Part shown: positions 35,457 to 46,800 of the stretch, piece by piece
Position numbering within the stretch: position 1 is the first letter of the stretch
Layout: each line of letters starts with the position of its first letter
Assembly: GCF_963921235.1 (NCBI RefSeq)
Contig: NC_086097.1
Span: forward strand, 7,936,001-8,000,000
Origin: Mobula hypostoma
Taxonomy: Eukaryota
DNA length: 64,000 bases
Direction: 5' to 3'
Translations under genes and position numbers: made by a program
Notes under the pieces: generated by a model
The model's input: the letters and a program-made list of their open reading frames with translations, nothing else
What the model was told of the DNA's origin: nothing
The model's database searches: none

Positions 35457-37200
35457 TATAGGACCACTAGTAAATGAGGCCGGAGTAATAATAACGGGAG
35501 CCAAAGAGATGGCAGCTGAACTAAATGAATAGTTTGCATCAGTCTTCACTGTGGAAGACACTAACAGTGTGCCAGTTGTTGAAGGGTGTGAGGGAAGAGA
35601 AGTAAGTTCAGATGCTATTACAAGGGAGAAGGTGCTCAAAAAGCTGAAAGACCTAAGGGCACATAAGTTACCTGGACCAGATGCACTGCACCCTAAGGTT
35701 CTGAAAGAGATAGCGGTAGATATTGTGGAGGCATTAGTAAAGATCTTTCAAAACTCATTAGACTCTGGCATGATGCCAGAGAACTGGAAAATTGCAAATG
35801 TCACTCCACTATTTAAGAAAGGAGGAAGGCAGCAGAAATGAAATTATAGAGCAATTAGCCTTACCTCAGTGGTTGGAGAGATGTTGGAGTCAATTGTTAA
35901 AGATAAGGTTATGGAGTACTTGGAGACACAGGACAAGATAGGACAAAGTCAGCATTTTTTCCTTAAGGAAAAATCTTGCCTAACAAATCTGTTAGAATTC
36001 TTTGAGGAGATTACACGAAGGAGAGATAAAGGGATTAAGTGGATGTTGTATATTTGGACTTTCAGAAGGCCTTTGACGAGGTGCCACACTTCAGGCTGCT
36101 TACCAAGTTAAGAGCCCATGGTATTACAGGAAAGTTATTGGCATGGTTTGAGCATTGGCTGATTGGTAGGAGGCAGTGAGTGATTGGCTGCCAGTGTGTA
36201 GTGGTGTTCCACAGGGGTTGGTATTGGGACTGCCTTGTTTTTGCTGTATATCAATGATTTATATGATGGAATCGATGGCTTCTTGCCACGTTTGCAGATA
36301 GTACCAAGATTGGTGGACGGGCAGGTGTTGTTGAGGAAACAGATAGGATGCAGAAGAACTTAGACAGATGAGGAGACAGATGGGCAAGAAAGTGGCAATT
36401 GGAATAGAATGTTGGGAAATGCATGGTCATGCACTTCAGTAACAGAAATAAATATGCAGACAATTTTCTAGATGGGGAGACAATCCAAAAATCTGAGATA
36501 CAAGGAGACTCAGGAATCCTTGTGCAGAACACCCTAAAGGTTAATTTGCAGGTAGAGTCAATGTTAAGGAAGGCAAATCCAATGTTAGCATTCATTTCAA
36601 GAGGTCTAGAATACAAGAGCAGGGATGTGATGCTGAGGCTTTGAGTATTGTGAACATTTTTCGGCTATTCATCTGAGAAAAGATGTACTGCTGTTGGAGA
36701 GGTTTCACAGGAGGTTCACAAGTATGATTCTGAAAATGAAAGGGCTATCATATGAGGTATGTTTGATGTTTGGCGTTTGTACTCAATGGAATTCAGATAG
36801 ATGAGGGGGGGATCTCATTGAAACCTTTTGAATGTTGAAAGGCCTAGACAGAGTAGATGTGGAAAGGACGTTTCCCATGGTGGGAGAGTCTAGGACAAGA
36901 AAACACAGCCTCAGGATAGAGGGGCGTACATTTAAAATAGAGATGCAGAGAAATTTCTTTAGCCAAAAGGTGGTGAATTTGTGGAATTTATTACCACGGG
37001 CAGTTGTGGAGGACAGGTCATTGGGTGGATTTAAGGCAGAGCTTGATAGGCTCTTGATTGGACATGGCATCAATGGTTATGGGGAGAAAGACAGGGAGTG
37101 GGGCTGAGGAGGAGAAAAAAGGATCAGCCATGATTGAATGATGGAATAGACTTGATAGGACAAATGGCCTAATTCTGCGTCTATATCTTATGGTCTTACA
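35457..37200 (+). mobile_element. CR1 LINE, 5' truncated, decayed RT
   Basis: ORF pieces 35551-35841 (PGPDALHPKVLKE..WKIANVTPLFKKG), 35869-36111 and 36832-37107, followed by a CR1 3' UTR. Confidence 0.92.
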
Positions 37201-37644
37201 TGAATACTCTTGAATACAACCAAACAAAACTGCATTCCTCTGGGGCCAAGCTGCGCAAAGTAATTATCAAGCTTTAATGGTTTTCAATCCAAATTCTTGA
37301 GACAAGCAAGCTTACCAATTGAAGATGAAGCCCTGAGAATTTTCACATGAAGCAGTCTGTGTAGCCTGAGATAGAGCAGAAACCAATGGCATTCTCCAGA
37401 ACCTAGATTTTGGGTGGGATGTTTGTATCTGGTAATTATGGACAGTTGCTTATGGATTGCCACACTGAACTTGGTGTATGTATAAGGGAACTTGCTTACT
37501 AGAGTTTGCATATCATCTCAAGAATCTACAATGAATGCATTGTCATCTCTGGAGAAGTGAGTAATGAGCTGGGTGGAGTCTTTTGTGCAGAAAACCCACA
37601 GACTTCGATTTCAATAACTTGGAGTAGCTCCTAGTTTACTAGGA

Positions 37645-38522
37645 CTACCAACAACCATTGTTGGTAGAATCTCGGATGAAGATGAGAGGATGTACAGGAG
37701 GGAGATATACCAACTAGTGGAGTGGTGTCGCAGCAACAACCTTGTACTCAACGTCAGTACGATGAAGGAGCTGATTAGGGACTTCAAGAAAGGTAAGATG
37801 AAGGAACACATACCAATCCTCATAGAGGGATCAGAAGTGGAGAGAGCGAGCAGTTTCAAGTTCCTGGGTGTCAAGATCTCTGAGGACCTAAGTTGGTCCC
37901 AATGTATTGATACAATTATAAAGATGGCAAGACAGTGACTCTACTTCATTATGAGTTTGAAGAGATTTTGGTATCTCAACAAATGCACTCCAAAACTTCT
38001 ATAGATGTACTGTGGAGAGCATTGTGACAGGCTGCATCATTGGCTGGTATGGGGGCGGGGTGGCGACTGCAGAGGACCGAAAGAAGCTGCAGAGGGTTGT
38101 AAATTTAGTCGGCTCCATCTGGGGTACTAGCCTACAAATTACCCAGGGCATCTTCAAGGAGCAGTGTCTCAGAAAAGCAGCAACCATTATTAAGGACCTC
38201 CAGCACCCAGGGCAGGCCTTTTGCTCATTGTTGCCATCAGGTAGGAGGTACAGGAGCCTGAAGGCACATACTCAGCGATTCAGGAACAGCTTCTTCCCCT
38301 CTGCCATCCGATTCTTAAATGGACATCGAACCCATGAACACTGCCTCACTTTTTAAATACGTATTATTTCCGTTTTTGCATGATTTTTAATCTATTCAAT
38401 ATACATATATTGTAATTGATTTACTTTTTTTTTCTTCTTCTATGTTATGTATTGCATTGAACTGCTGCTGTTAATAAATTTCACGACACATGCCGGTGAT
38501 AATAAATCTGATTCTGATTCTG
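37645..38522 (+). mobile_element. Rex1/Babar-type LINE 3' part
   Basis: LVEWCRSNNLVLNVS..SFKFLGVKISEDLSWS and LLPSGRRYRSLKAHTQRFRNSFFP. Tail AATAAATCTGATTCTGATTCTG. Same family as 51620-54701. Confidence 0.9.
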
Positions 38523-38574
38523 TAGTTCAAGGTCCTCTGTCACAGTAGGAGTTATTCATAAATAAGAAGGTGAG

Positions 38575-39070
38575 AAGGACTACTGAGGCGGATGGAGTGT
38601 CTAAGGAAGCGTTGCACCTCGGGTGAAAGGGCTTGTTGTGTGTATTCCAGTCCAGCTCACTAGCTTTGGTTTACCAGACACTCAGCTCTCACCTGTGATT
38701 CCAAGTAGCTGTTTACATGTACGCCATTTTGACAGGCGGGCCAAGCCAGGTGATGTATTTGTGGGCCTCATAACCTGGTGAGATAGGGCCATGCCTGTCA
38801 TAGCATGTGAGGTCAGCACGAATGAGATCCATCATGAGATTCAACGGCCAGGAAATCAGTTCTGCAATATACCATGAGGAGCGAAGGGTATGAAAACTCA
38901 CAGAGGAAGTCATGGTCATCCACTTCTACCAAGGAAGACCCCGGTTTGTGACAAGTACTTGTACTACCGGACCAGGGCTTCCAAGGTTGAGAGAGTGCAA
39001 CTGCCCAGTGCAACAGCTTTTCCACTTTAAAACTCTTCTGTTACTGTCGGATAGGACGGACAATCATCAG
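38575..39070 (+). mobile_element. Probable RTE-related non-autonomous repeat
   Basis: Shares the GAAGTCATGGTCATCCACTTCT style of motif with the elements at 41490, 59745 and 61500. Non-coding. Confidence 0.35.
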
Positions 39071-39584
39071 GTGAAAAGGCGGTAGGAACTGGGGTTTAGT
39101 GGGGTTGTTGTGCTGCTGGAGGACTATAATTCTGAACTGGCCTAGCAGGCTGGCAGTATCCTCCAAGAGAGTTGTGGAAATAGGGTGAAGACCTTGGCTT
39201 AGTTCAGCATCAAATTTTAAAAACAGAATATCCCTCTGTTTGGCAGCGTCTATAATGACTATCAGGGAATTCCTGTGTGGAGCAGATCCAACGCCTGGTT
39301 TGCATTAGTGGGGACAAACCCCACATCAGACTTTAGGCACCTCATTTATTTATGTGTGAGGCCTAATACATGTTTAGGTGACCTGGAATGATATTTGAAA
39401 AATCACCTCACCTAATATGGAGTCAGATAGGTTTTAGACATCAATGTGTGGCATTGCATCAAGAATCTGTTAACCTTTGTAATCAAATTTCCTCTTCAAA
39501 ATTGAATCTAACAAGGACCAATGCATTTCTTTTTGTGTGAAGCAGTTTAATAATCAATGTTCACATTCTTCTCTATAATTTTTT

Positions 39585-40490
39585 TCCGAAAATAATAAAA
39601 ATAATAATAACTTTTTATGGAGCAATTTTCATACAGACAATGTAGTTCAAAGGGCTTTACAATGGGATGAAGTGCAAACATGAAAATAAAAGACAAAAAA
39701 GATGGTAGTTAAAAGCAAGGTTAAATAAATAGGTTTTGAGCTGGTGTTTAAAAGTGTCAACTGAGTCTACATCCCTTATAGTTTTAAATGTTGAATTTCA
39801 GGGTTTAGGAACATAGTTCAAAAAAGCTGACCAGCCAATTATCTTTTGAGGGAGATAGTTTAAATTTATGAGACTGTAGAAGAAGACCTGCGTGCTCGGT
39901 GCAGTAACATGGTGGTTAGCTCTGCACTTTATTGTAGCAGCAAAATGGGTTCAATTCCTGCCAATATCTGTAAGGGGTTTTTACGTTCCCCCTCTGACTG
40001 TGTGGGTTTCCTCTGGTGCTCTGGTTTCCTTCCACAGTTCAACGATGTACCATTTGGTGGTTTAAATGGGCATTGTAAAATTCCCGTGATGAGGCCAGGA
40101 TGAAATCGGGGATAGCTGGGTGGCATGGCTCGAAGGGCCGGAAGGGCCAATTCCACATTGTATCTCAATAAATAAATAAAAATAAAAATGCTTGAACACA
40201 ATTATAAAACAAAAGTGATTCTGTGGTGTACTCCAGTCTCAGACCATAGAGAACGTTAACAACAAGTAAGATAACTTTAAAATCAATTCTAAAAGATACA
40301 GGAAGCCATTGCAGAGTAACTAGGACAGGAGTGATATGCTCCGTCATCCTGGTTTTAGTTAAAAGTCTAGCAGCAGCGATCGGAATGAGCTGAAGTTTGT
40401 CAGTAGATTGACAAGGTCTCTGTGTTGCTTTATTCAATATCAAGAGTTGTTTAAGCATCAAATGTGCACTTAACTTAATACCACAAACTC
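39585..40490 (-). mobile_element. L2-type LINE 3' end split by a V-SINE
   Basis: AAARLLTKTRMTEHITPVLVTLQWLPVSFRIDFKVILLV is a typical L2 ORF2 C-terminus. A-rich/(TTA)n tail at about 39590. Confidence 0.8.
39896..40188 (+). mobile_element. V-SINE-like SINE, near full length
   Basis: tRNA-like head (TGGTGGTTAGC..GGGTTCAATTCC), central domain and (TAAA)n tail. Confidence 0.85.
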
Positions 40491-40969
40491 AAGCGTTTTG
40501 TGATCCCAATGCCGTTTCCCTTGATGTCCCAGATGATTTGTGGTTAGTTACAGAAGGAAGCAGTAGTCTCAAAATCAATTCAATGTCATCTGGTAATATA
40601 ATTGTGAATTTAAGAAACATACACAAAGTTTAAATTACACTTATTAATTGCAATCTCCATGAAATAATCACTGCCACTGATTGACTACAGGGCAAAGAAA
40701 TTAACTTTGCAATGACAGATTTTTCTTAACAAGGAAAAACAATAGACTCAGTTAAAAAATTGTGCACAGCTTCCTGTTGGACATTGATTAAAAGGAAACA
40801 TATTTTAAAAAATCACTAGCTTAAACCAGTCGTGTGTAACTGTGTATTAAGTGCAATGATTATTACATATTGTGGACTCAATGAGAATTCTATTAAGGTG
40901 AATACTGATTTGAAGTGACAAAGTGCCGAGGCATTCCACACATACTTTTTCCTGAGAGTTACCTTTGTT

Positions 40970-41101
40970 CCTTCTCAGTCCTAAAGAAGGGTCTTGGCCA
41001 AAAATGTTGACCGTTTTCCACAGATGCCGCCTGACCTGCTGAGTTCCTCCATCATTTTCTGTGCGTTGTTTTGGATTTCTAGCATCTGCAGACTTTCTCT
41101 G
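40970..41101 (+). mobile_element. PLE terminal fragment
   Basis: Decayed hammerhead followed by CAGATGCCGCCTGACCTGCTGAGTTCCTCC..AGCATCTGCAG. Confidence 0.8.
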
Positions 41102-41489
41102 CTTGGAATTGGAATTGGTTTATTATGGTGAGGTACACTGATAAACTTGTCTTCATACAGATCAGTTCATTACACAATGTATTAATGTAGTACAAGGTAA
41201 AACAATGCACCTTATTTGTTTTTGTCCCATCTTGGACATTCCCTCTTCTCCCCAATTCCATTTGGCAAGGACTCCTATCACCCAGGACATGCCTTAGACT
41301 CATTGTTCCCAGCTAAGAGGAAGCACAGGAGCCTAAAGGCACACACGCAGCAATTCAAGATCAGCTTCTTTCTTTCCGCTGTCAGGTTTCTGAATGGACA
41401 ATGAACACATGTACAGTCCTTCAGTATTTATTCCCTCTTTTTTTGCACTACTTATTTAATTTATCTTTTTGTATATACTTCTTGTAATT

Positions 41490-41872
41490 TATTGGGTGGC
41501 CGGGTACTTCTTCCCGCCACCCAATAAATTACAAGAAATAAGACACTTCTTCCCACCGCAAGCCTGCAGGTCACCTTTGGGTAAAGGGTAGCACCTGTTT
41601 AGCCCCCCCGATCAGGGTCACATAAAGCCGGGTTGTGGATGGTCATATGAGCAGCTGATGCATATCACAAGTCCTGGTTATGTAGCCACTGACACCAGGC
41701 AAACCATCTCTGAAGAGTACATTATTCATAATGGCTCGGGTCACCCATTTTGAAAAGATTCTGCCCAGAAGAAGACAATGGCAAGCCACTTCTGCAGAAA
41801 AATTTGTCAAAAACAATCATAGTCAAAGACTATGATCGCCCATGTCATACGACATGCACATAATGAATGAAC
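41490..41872 (+). mobile_element. Non-autonomous retroposon (probably RTE-mobilised) with rearranged 5' end
   Basis: Related to minus-strand copies at 59745-60090 and 61500-61870 (GCAGGTCACC..GGG.AAGG.GTAGCA.CTG). Tail (AATG)n. Confidence 0.65.
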
Positions 41873-41959
41873 GAAGTGTCATTTATAATCTTTATTTCTG
41901 GCTATTGCAATGTACTGATGTCACAAAGCAACAAGTTTCACAACATATGCCAGTGACAT

Positions 41960-42690
41960 TAAACCTGATTCTGATTCTGATTCAGTAACAGCACAGAGTA
42001 AAGTGTAACAGCTACTGAGAAAGTGTTGGGCAGTGCTAGAAGAAGTAAGGTGCGAGACCACATTCAGGCAGATTGTGAGGTCAAGAGACCATCTCATCAT
42101 ACTAGGGAACCTTTCAGTAGTCTTATAACAGCGGGGTAGAATTTGCTCTTGAACCTGTTGGCACATTCTTTCAGGTTTTTTCATCTTTTGCCCAGTGGCA
42201 GAGGGGAGAAAAAAGAACACCCGGGAAGGGACAAGGATGAAATCGGAGCAACATTTACAGAGAAAATGCAGTACAGGTAGTCAATACGGTAATAATAACA
42301 AGGTAGATTATAAAGTCGAAAGTCTATCCTACTGCACCAGGGAACTGTTTGATAGTCCTATAACAGCGGTGTAGAATCTGTACCTGAGCCTGGTAGTACG
42401 TGTGTTCAGCTTTTTGTATCTTCTTCCTGATGGGAGAAGGGGGATGAGAGAACTTCTGGCCTGGATGGGGTCTTCGATGATGTTGGCTGTTTTACTGGGG
42501 AAATGAGAAGAATGGAGAGTCAATGGAGGGAGGCTGGTTTCTGTGATATGCTGAGCTCTGCCCACAACTCTCTGCACTTTCTTGCCATCACAGACAGAAC
42601 AGTTGCCATTCAAAGTTGTGATGCATCCAGACAACACACTGTCTGTTCTACACTGATAAAACCTGGTGAAGTTTGCCTGGGACATTGCAA
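41960..42690 (-). mobile_element. Two stacked Rex1/Babar-type 3' fragments
   Basis: ORF 42329-42685 (LLPSGRRYKKLNTRTTRLR..FY) plus a second, similar C-terminus at about 42100-42225. Confidence 0.7.
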
Positions 42691-42694
42691 ATTT

Positions 42695-42985
42695 TAATTA
42701 TTTTATTCAGAGATACAACGTGGAACATCCACTTCAGGCCCAACGAGCCTCACTGCCCAGAAAGCCACCTACTTAACCTTGCCTAATCACAAGACAATTT
42801 ACAATGAACAATTAACCTACTAACTGGTATGTCTTTGCACTGTGGGAGGAAACTGGAGCGCCCAAACGAACACATATGCTCATGGGAAGGCCGTACAAAC
42901 TTCTTACAGAGGATGACAGAATTGAACTCTGAACTCTGACGACCAGAGTTGTAATAGTATTGCATTAACTTCTGCACTACTGAGG
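42695..42985 (-). mobile_element. V-SINE-like SINE
   Basis: Reverse central domain and GAATTGAACTC. Confidence 0.8.
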
Positions 42986-43254
42986 CACTCTTTAGCCTCA
43001 TGAGGAGGTGGAGGCATTGGTGAGCTTACCTGGCCGTGGCTTTTAAGTGGTTGTACCAAGGCATGGTATTTACCAGGAAATGCTATTAGTGATTCACTAA
43101 GTTTAAAGGGAAATTTTATACATGTTACCTCCAAAAAAAAGAGGGATTTCAGAATCGAACAAAACACAATTAATGGCCACTGGAAATTCAAGCAACACAC
43201 ATCAAAGTTGCTGGTGAACGCAGCAGGCCAGGCGGCATCTATAGGAAGAGGTGC

Positions 43255-43290
43255 AGTCGATGTTTCAGGCCGAGACCCTTCGTCAGGACT
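43255..43290 (-). ncRNA. Minimal hammerhead ribozyme in downstream pseudo-LTR
   Basis: Minus strand reads AGTC-CTGACGA-AGGGTCTCGGCCT-GAAAC-ATC-GACT. A G>A change breaks the ACGT palindrome. Confidence 0.7.
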
Positions 43291-43584
43291 AACTGAAGGA
43301 AGAGTGAGTAAGGGATTTGAAAGTTGGAGGGGGAGGGGGAGATCCAAAATGATAGGAGAAGACAGGAGGGGGAGGGATAGAGCCGAGAGCTGGACAGGTG
43401 ATAGGCAAAAGGGGATACGAGAGGATCATGGGACAGGAGGTCCGGGAAGAAAGACGGGGGGGGGGTGACCCAGAGGATGGGCAAGAGGTATATTCAGAGG
43501 GACAGAGGGAGAAAAAGGAGAGTGAGAGAAAGAATGTGTGCATAAAAATGAGTAACAGATGGGGTACGAGGGGGAGGTGGGGCC

Positions 43585-46500
43585 TTAGCGGAAGTTAGAG
43601 AAGTCGATGTTCATGCCATCAGGTTGGAGGCTACCCAGATGGAATATAAGGTGTTGTTCCTCCAACCTGAGTGTGGCTTCATCTCCACAGTAGAGGAGGC
43701 CGTGGATAGACATGTCAGAATGGGAATGGGATGTGGAATTAAAATGTGTGGCCACTGGGAGATCCTGCTTTCTCTGGCGGACAGAGCGTAGATGTTCAGC
43801 AAAGCGGTCTCCCAGTCTGCGTCGGGTCTCACCAATATATAAAAGGCCACATCGGGAGCACCGGACGCAGTATATCACCCCAGTCGACTCACAGGTGAAG
43901 TGATGCCTCACCTGGAAGGACTGTTTGGGGCCCTGAATGGTGGTAAGGGAGGAAGTGTAAGGGCATGTGTAGCACTTGTTCCGCTTACACGGATAAGTGC
44001 CAGGAGGGAGATCAGTGGGGAGGGATGGGGGGGACGAATGGACAAGGGAGTTGTGTAGGGAGCGATCCCTGCGGAATGCAGAGGTGGGGGGAGGGAAAGA
44101 TATGCTTAGTGGTGGGATCCCGTTGGAGGTGGCGGAAATTACGGAGAATAATATGTTGGACCCGGAGACTGGTGGGGTGGTAGTTGAGGACCAGGGGAAC
44201 CCTATTCCTAGTGGGGTGGTGGGAGGATGGAGTGAGAGCAGATGTACGTGAAATGGGGGAGATACGTTTAAGAGCAGAGTTGATAGTGGAGGAAGGGAAG
44301 CCCCTTTCTTTAAAAAAGGAAGACATCTCCCTCGTCCTAGAATGAAAAGCCTCATCCTGAGAGCAGATGCGGCGGAGACGGAGGAATTGCGAGAAGGGGA
44401 TGGCGTTTTTGCAAGAGACAGGGTGAGAAGAGGAATAGTCCAGATAGCTGTGAGAGTCAGTAGGCTTATAGTAGACATCAGTGGATAAGCTGTCTCCAGA
44501 GACAGAGACAGAAAGATCTAGAAAGGGGAGGGAGGTGTCAGAAATGGACCAGGTAAACTTGAGGGCAGGGTGAAAGTTGGAGGCAAAGTTAATAAAGTCA
44601 ACGAGTTCTGCATGCGTGCAGGAAGCAGCGCCAATGCAGTCGTCGATGTAGCAAAGGAAAAGTGGGGGACAGATACCAGAATAGGCACGGAACATAGATT
44701 GTTCCACAAACCCAACAAAAAGGCAGGCATAGCTAGGACCCATACCGGTGCCCATAGCTACACCTTTAGTTTGGAGGAAATGGGAGGAGCCAAAGGAGAA
44801 ATTATTAAGAGTAAGGACTAATTCCGCTAGACGGAGCAGAGTGGTGGTAGAGGGGAACTGATTAGGTCTGGAATCCAAAAAGAAGCGTAGAGCTTTGAGA
44901 CCTTCCTGATGGGGGATGGAAGTATATAAGGACTGGACATCCATGGTGAAAATAAAGCGGTGGGGGCCAGGGAACTTAAAATCATCGAAAAGTTTAAGAG
45001 CGTGAGAAGTGTCACGAACATAGGTCAGAAGGGATTGAACAAGGGGTGATAAAACAGTGTCGAGGTATGCAGAAACGAGTTCGGTGGGGCAGGAGCAAGC
45101 TGAGACAATAGGTCGGCCAGGACAGGCAGGTTTGTGGATCTTGGGTAGGAGGTAGAAACAGGAAGTGCGGGGTGTGGGAACTATAAGGTTGGTAGCAGTG
45201 GACGGGAGATCCCCTGAGCGGATAAAGTCGTTGATAGTGTGGGAGACAATGGCCTGGTGCTCCTTAGTGGGGTCACGATCGAGGGGTAAATAAGGAGGTA
45301 TCCGCGAGTTGTCGCTGTGCCTCGGCAAGGTAGAGGTCAGTACGCCAGACTACAACAGCACTCCCTTTATCAGCGGGTTTAATAATAATGTTGGGATTAG
45401 TGCGGAGGGAGTGGAGAGCAGAGCGTTCCGAAGGAGTGAGGTTGGAATGGGGACAAGGTGCGGTGAAGTCGAGACGGTTGATGTCCCGTCGGCAGTTGGC
45501 AATAAAGAGATCCAGAGCAGGCAGAAGACCAGAGCGGGGTGTCCATGAAGAAGAGGAGGGTTGAAGACGGGAGAAGGGGTCATCGGTGGGGGTGGAAGAG
45601 TCCTTGCCGAAGAAGTAGGCTCGGAAACGGAGACGGCGGAAGAAAAGTTCCGCATCATGGCGAACACGGAACTCGCTGAGGTGTGGGCGAAGGGGGACAA
45701 ACGTGAGGCCCTTACTGAGGACAGAGCGTTCTGCCTCCGACAGTTGAAGGTCGGAGGGGATGGTAAAGACCCGGCATGGATGAGAGCTGGGATCAGAGGA
45801 GGGAGGGGGGAGGCTGGGGGTGTCAATGGAGAGGGGAGGGTTGGGGTGAGAGGAAGATGGAGCCTCTGAGGGCCCAGGAGCTGACGGTGGGATCTGAGGA
45901 AGACGGGGCTGCGGAGTGGTGGTGGGGGAAGGGGAGACCGGAGTCACAACAGCAGCACATAAAGACCCGGCCTGGAGTTCAAGGCTGGAGTCGCAGTTGG
46001 TGGTTGTGCAATCGCTGTGAAGGTGTCCATGGTCGTTGCTGGAGTCCGGGTTTTGAATATGTCCTGAGGTGTTGGAGCCGGCGAGATCAATGGCAGAGGT
46101 CGCAATCTGAAGTTCATGCCTGCTAGCGTCGGGGCCGGCAGGCTCTGGAGTCCGTAGATGTAAGATCTTACGATCTTTGCCTAACATGACAAAGTCAAAA
46201 AAACGGCGATTGCAGGCGTGAATCCGACGGAGGATGAAATAACGGGTAGGACCATTACAGACGGCGAAGAAAGTGTCCCGAAGGTGTGGAAGGGTCTGGG
46301 ATAGGGACACCAAGTACCTCCTCATGGCGGAGAGAGTCGCCTTCAGAGCTTGACGGGAGAAGCGGCGAGAGGCAGAGTCAATAAAATGTGAGTACCTGGG
46401 ATCCTCAGAAAGTCCAAATTGAGAGGCTTGGAAACGAATCCTAAAGCCAACTGGAGTAAGTTGGCGACGGAGGCACGTTCCAAGAAAGGGTATATGGCTG

Positions 46501-46631
46501 TGATAGCGAGTCTGAGTCAAAGTGTGGTCGAAAAGTTGAAGAGCCGAAGAAATTACAGATGGGGAGCAGTGAGAGATGGTTTCACTGAACTCCCGTCGAA
46601 GAGAGGATCTAAACTTCTTCGGTGTAGGCAT
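43585..46631 (-). pseudogene. PLE polyprotein (N-terminal region, RT, Cys linker, GIY-YIG endonuclease), about 1000 aa, with two frameshifts
   Basis: Overlapping ORFs: 45273-46634 (IKPADKG.AVVVW), 44012-45328 (LPKIHK..GRPIVS, MDVQSLYTSIP, GVAMGT, YIDD, PFLD, YYKPT) and 43585-44478 (CKRNKCYTC, VIYCVRCSRCGLLYIGET..R..EH). Shifts occur near 45293 and 44085. Confidence 0.95.
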
Positions 46632-46764
46632 CACTGGAAGAGGCTTCGCAGTAGTGAATTTAACGCAAACAACAGGAATTCTGCAGATGCTGGAAATTCA
46701 AGCAACACACATCAAAGTTGCTGGTGAACGCAGCAGGCCAAGCAGCATCTATAGGCAGAGGTAC

Positions 46765-46800
46765 AGTCGACGTTTCAGGCCGAGACCCTTCGTCAGGACT
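46765..46800 (-). ncRNA. Minimal type-I hammerhead ribozyme in upstream pseudo-LTR, intact core
   Basis: Minus strand reads AGTC-CTGACGA-AGGGTCTCGGCCT-GAAAC-GTC-GACT, about 135 nt upstream of the ORF ATG. Confidence 0.8.
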
